Notes under the pieces: model-generated
Told to the model about the DNA's origin: nothing
Database searches by the model: none
The model's input: only the letters and a program-made list of their open reading frames with translations
In this document: piece by piece, positions 60,880 to 64,000 of the stretch
How positions within the stretch are numbered: position 1 is the stretch's first letter
How the letters are laid out: each line of letters begins with the position of its first letter
Source of the DNA: Patescibacteria group bacterium
Lineage (GTDB): Bacteria > Patescibacteriota > UBA1384 > UBA12157 > JAENIV01
Assembly: GCA_041666185.1 (NCBI GenBank)
Contig: JBAYHL010000004.1
Coordinates: 105-64,104, forward strand
DNA length: 64,000 nt
Direction: 5' to 3'
Program-made: the position numbers and the translations under genes

Positions 60880-60904
60880 ACCCTGTCAGTTGACAGGGTT
60901 TTTT
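60880..60904 (+). terminator. Terminator, TGTC-N4-GACA family
   Basis: ACCCTGTC-AGTT-GACAGGGT-TTTTT. Confidence 0.8.
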
Positions 60905-62903
60905 AATCTTTAATAGTTTCTAAAAACTCTTCTTCGGAAATTATTTTGACACCAAGTTTTTTAGCTTTCTCGTATTTTTCTCCAGGATCAGAGCCCGCAA
61001 CAACATAAGAAGTTTCTTTCGAAACAGATTCGGAAATGTTACCGCCCAAATCACGAATTTTTTGTTTAGCCTCATCACGCGTTAATGATTCTAGACCACC
61101 CGTAAAAACAAAAGTTTTATTATTTAATTTACTATTTGTTATATGTTGTTTATTATTAGCAATATCTACACCATGCTTTAGTAACCTTTCAATAAAATCC
61201 AGGTTATGTTTGTCTTGGAAAAAATCAAAAATACTTTTAGCAACAACATTGCCAATATCACGAATTAAATCAATTTCTTCAAGCGTAGCTTTTTGTAAAT
61301 TTTCAATTGACTCAAATTTATTAGCCAAATCATAAGCTGTCTCTTCTCCGACATTGTGAATACCTAAAGCATAAATAAAGCGAGGAAAAGTAATTTTTTT
61401 GTGAGACTCGATTGTTTCAATAATATTTTGAGCCGACTTTTCAGCAAATCTTTCTAATGGCTCTATATCACCTTTTTTAAGTTCAAATAAATCAGAAGCA
61501 TCTTTAATCAAACCTTCTTCGATAAATTTACTAATAATTTTCGGGCCTAATCCCACCATGTCAAAAGCTGTCCTGGAAACAAAATGTTCTAATGATCGAC
61601 GCTGAATAACAAAACATTTTTTATTGGTACACTTGTAAGCTGCTTTACCTTCTTCGCGCAAAACTTTACCACCGCACTTTGGACAAACTTTTGGGAATTT
61701 AAATTCTTTTTCTTTACCGGTTCTTAATTCCTTAATAACTTTCTCAACTTCTGGAATAACATCACCGGCCTTGTGAATAATAACCGTATCGCCAATACGA
61801 ATATCTTTTTTTCTAATTTCGTCCTCATTATGCAGTGTTGCTCTAGAAACCGTTGAGCCCGCAACCAAAACTGGTTCTAAAACCGCTACGGGAGTGAATA
61901 CTCCCGTACGACCAACTTGAACTCGGATATCCTGAACGACTGTTGTTGCCTGCTCCGGCGCAAATTTGTAAGCAATCATCCCTCGCGGCGCTTTGCCAAC
62001 AACGCCCAATTTTTCACGAATTTGATTATTATTTATCACCGCCACCAGACCATCAATTTGATAAGGTAATTTTTCTCTCAGTCTTTCAACTTTAACTTTA
62101 AGCTTTTCAATTTCGTCTAAACTTTTACAATATTGATTTTGAGAAAGAGTTTTAAAACCAAGCTCTTTTATAATTTCGTGAGACTTTTGATGATTTTCTG
62201 TCTTAGTCCCCAACAAATCCCAAGCAACAAAAGAAAGTTTGCGTGAAGCAGAAATTTTTGGATCAAGTTGACGAATAGAACCAGCGGCAGCATTCCTCGG
62301 ATTAGCTAATAATGATTTACCTTCTTTCTTATATTGCTGATTTAACTTTTCAAAAACCTCGATTGGCATGTAAACCTCACCTCGGATTTCCATCCGAGGA
62401 ATTTTAAATTTTAAATTTTCAATTTTCAATTTTAAAGGAATTGACTCAATTGTTTTTAAATTTTCTGTAACATCTTCACCAATTTTACCATCACCACGAG
62501 TTGCTCCGCGAACAAAAAGACCATTTTCGTAAATTAAAGAGACTGCTAAGCCATCCATTTTTAATTCGCAAAAATACTCATATTTTTCATCAAGAATTTT
62601 TTGATTACGTTTTTGCCAATCTGCTAATTCTTCAAAAGAAAAAACATCCACCAAAGAAAGCATTGGTTGTAAATGGCTTATTTTTTTAAATTTATCCAAG
62701 GCTTTACCGCCAACTCTTTGCGTTGGTGAATCTGGCGTAATAAATTTAGGAAATTTATCCTCTAAACTTGCGAGTTCATGCTTTAAAGAATCATTTACGG
62801 CATCGGAAACTAGAGATTTGTCCAAAACATGGTAAGAGTAACGATATTTTTCAATTAGATCTTTTAGCTTTTCTATTCGATTTTTGGCTTCTTTTTCTGT
62901 CAT
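60903..62903 (-). CDS. ligA: NAD-dependent DNA ligase
   Basis: ELKMDG, TRGDG, NPRNAAAG, zinc finger, HhH, BRCT. Confidence 0.98.
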   Translation of the reverse strand: MTEKEAKNRIEKLKDLIEKYRYSYHVLDKSLVSDAVNDSLKHELASLEDKFPKFITPDSPTQRVGGKALDKFKKISHLQPMLSLVDVFSFEELADWQKRNQKILDEKYEYFCELKMDGLAVSLIYENGLFVRGATRGDGKIGEDVTENLKTIESIPLKLKIENLKFKIPRMEIRGEVYMPIEVFEKLNQQYKKEGKSLLANPRNAAAGSIRQLDPKISASRKLSFVAWDLLGTKTENHQKSHEIIKELGFKTLSQNQYCKSLDEIEKLKVKVERLREKLPYQIDGLVAVINNNQIREKLGVVGKAPRGMIAYKFAPEQATTVVQDIRVQVGRTGVFTPVAVLEPVLVAGSTVSRATLHNEDEIRKKDIRIGDTVIIHKAGDVIPEVEKVIKELRTGKEKEFKFPKVCPKCGGKVLREEGKAAYKCTNKKCFVIQRRSLEHFVSRTAFDMVGLGPKIISKFIEEGLIKDASDLFELKKGDIEPLERFAEKSAQNIIETIESHKKITFPRFIYALGIHNVGEETAYDLANKFESIENLQKATLEEIDLIRDIGNVVAKSIFDFFQDKHNLDFIERLLKHGVDIANNKQHITNSKLNNKTFVFTGGLESLTRDEAKQKIRDLGGNISESVSKETSYVVAGSDPGEKYEKAKKLGVKIISEEEFLETIKD

Positions 62904-63018
62904 TTTTATTTCCTCTAGATCTAATTTTACTCCTTAAAATTGTTCGACGCAATAACAAAAACCGCCCTTTTCCTTAGACAGTTTTTGAAAATATCCTTAG
63001 AAATGTTGGTTAAAATTA

Positions 63019-63744
63019 TTACCAATAATAGGCTCTGCCGCTAGAAGTTAGAGAGACAACATTTTGCCAAAAATGATAATGAGCATCAGTGCATCGCCAG
63101 TCTAATATGTCACGAAGGGAAGCTGAAGCTTCGCACTTGGTGCCACTACCTGCACCCGTACCACCTGTATTAATCGTCTCCATTATGCCATAGCCTCTTA
63201 TTTTATAATCGGTTCCGTCACTTTTGTACACAATACACTGATCACCTTTCAATGAAAACTTCGGATCATTGGGCAAAGATTGCATAAACTCTTTTGTCAA
63301 ACCGGGTATCCAGCTAGAATAACCATCTGCGCTACTATCTTGCGAATCGTAAAAACCCCAGTCCGAACATGCCCCACAATAACCATCTTGGCAAAAATGT
63401 AAATTAGTTCCACTTGGCACCGCTGAATTATAGTGAGGACTCGGATTGGCTGGCCGACAATATACCGGCGCATTACCAATCCCCCAAACACTACCACCAC
63501 AATCAATAAATCCAGTAACAGCTGTTTTAGAAACTGTCATTGGATATGTTCCGTACTTTTCGTTGTACTGTTCCAAAGCACCTTGAATAGTTTTCATATT
63601 AGCCACCCTTTTGGCGTCGCGAGCAGATGCTCGAGCACCGCTGACATTGACAATCACCAAGGAAGCCAAAACAGCAATGATAAAAACTACTACTAAAAGT
63701 TCTATTAAAGTAAAGCCTTTTAATCGTGATAAATTTTTTTTCAT
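63019..63744 (-). CDS. Type IV pilin / GspG-like protein, Cys-rich variable region
   Basis: KG|FTLIELLVV, ARDAKR, Y....GTYP, LPNDP. Confidence 0.88.
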   Translation of the reverse strand: MKKNLSRLKGFTLIELLVVVFIIAVLASLVIVNVSGARASARDAKRVANMKTIQGALEQYNEKYGTYPMTVSKTAVTGFIDCGGSVWGIGNAPVYCRPANPSPHYNSAVPSGTNLHFCQDGYCGACSDWGFYDSQDSSADGYSSWIPGLTKEFMQSLPNDPKFSLKGDQCIVYKSDGTDYKIRGYGIMETINTGGTGAGSGTKCEASASLRDILDWRCTDAHYHFWQNVVSLTSSGRAYYW

Positions 63745-63785
63745 TCGTATCTCCTCTTTAATAAATTTATTTTTTATTTGATAAA

Positions 63786-64000
63786 TTACCAACTAACAGT
63801 ATTAACGGTAATCGAAGCCTCTTCATAACCTGGTCTATCCATCTCTTGCATTGAAGTAGGATTACAATCGTCTCCAGGATCAGCGGTAGTATCTGCATCA
63901 GTTCCATCACAAACCGTTTCCATTGTGTGATAAGCAAGTAGACCATAATTATTGCCATCACTTCTGTATATATAGCACCCATAAGTGCTAACTTCTTTCG
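63786..64000 (-). CDS. C-terminus of an upstream pilin paralog (partial)
   Basis: Hand translation ...GCYIYRSDGNNYGLLAYHTMETVC...VSW*, aligning with CIVYKSDGTDYKIRGYGIMETI of the next pilin. Confidence 0.7.
   Translation of the reverse strand, partial: KEVSTYGCYIYRSDGNNYGLLAYHTMETVCDGTDADTTADPGDDCNPTSMQEMDRPGYEEASITVNTVSW

Noticed and set aside
63767-63982. 71-aa ORF from the track
   Set aside because: Another frame gives a pilin-like C-terminus homologous to the neighbour

Overview
Low-GC bacterial chromosomal window that looks like CPR/Patescibacteria (inference from divergent rRNAs, compact housekeeping genes, pilins and fermentative metabolism). Genetic code 11, mostly minus-strand genes. 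From left to right: recO-glmU(N)-mutM-glmS-yvcK, an M15 peptidase and a 1801-aa surface protein. Next is an rRNA operon in canonical order (16S, tRNA-Ile, tRNA-Ala, 23S, 5S) but spread apart by ~10 kb of protein genes, with 16S and 23S separately promoted. Then clpP/rmd/gmd/tig and a glycolytic cluster (tpiA-fba-pfkB-gap...pgk) that contains a group A [FeFe]-hydrogenase, followed by uvrC/A/B, proS-rseP-frr-tsf-rpsB, rpmE-prfA, htrA, gatB/A/C, ligA and tandem pilins. Main items for follow-up: (1) both rRNA leaders have promoter + SD/micro-ORF + intrinsic terminator + shared boxA, an attenuator-like layout; (2) an 88-nt CCA-ending tRNA-like RNA with a non-canonical anticodon arm next to a PD-(D/E)xK-like ORF; (3) lone promoter-ORF-terminator cassettes sharing a TGTC-N4-GACA hairpin; (4) an unannotated 52-aa polyanionic microprotein; (5) an att scar at tRNA-Ala; (6) an AT-hook-like insert in TpiA; (7) repeat-derived in-frame inserts in core genes. 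All calls are by eye; comparisons with reference sequences are from memory and no searches were run.
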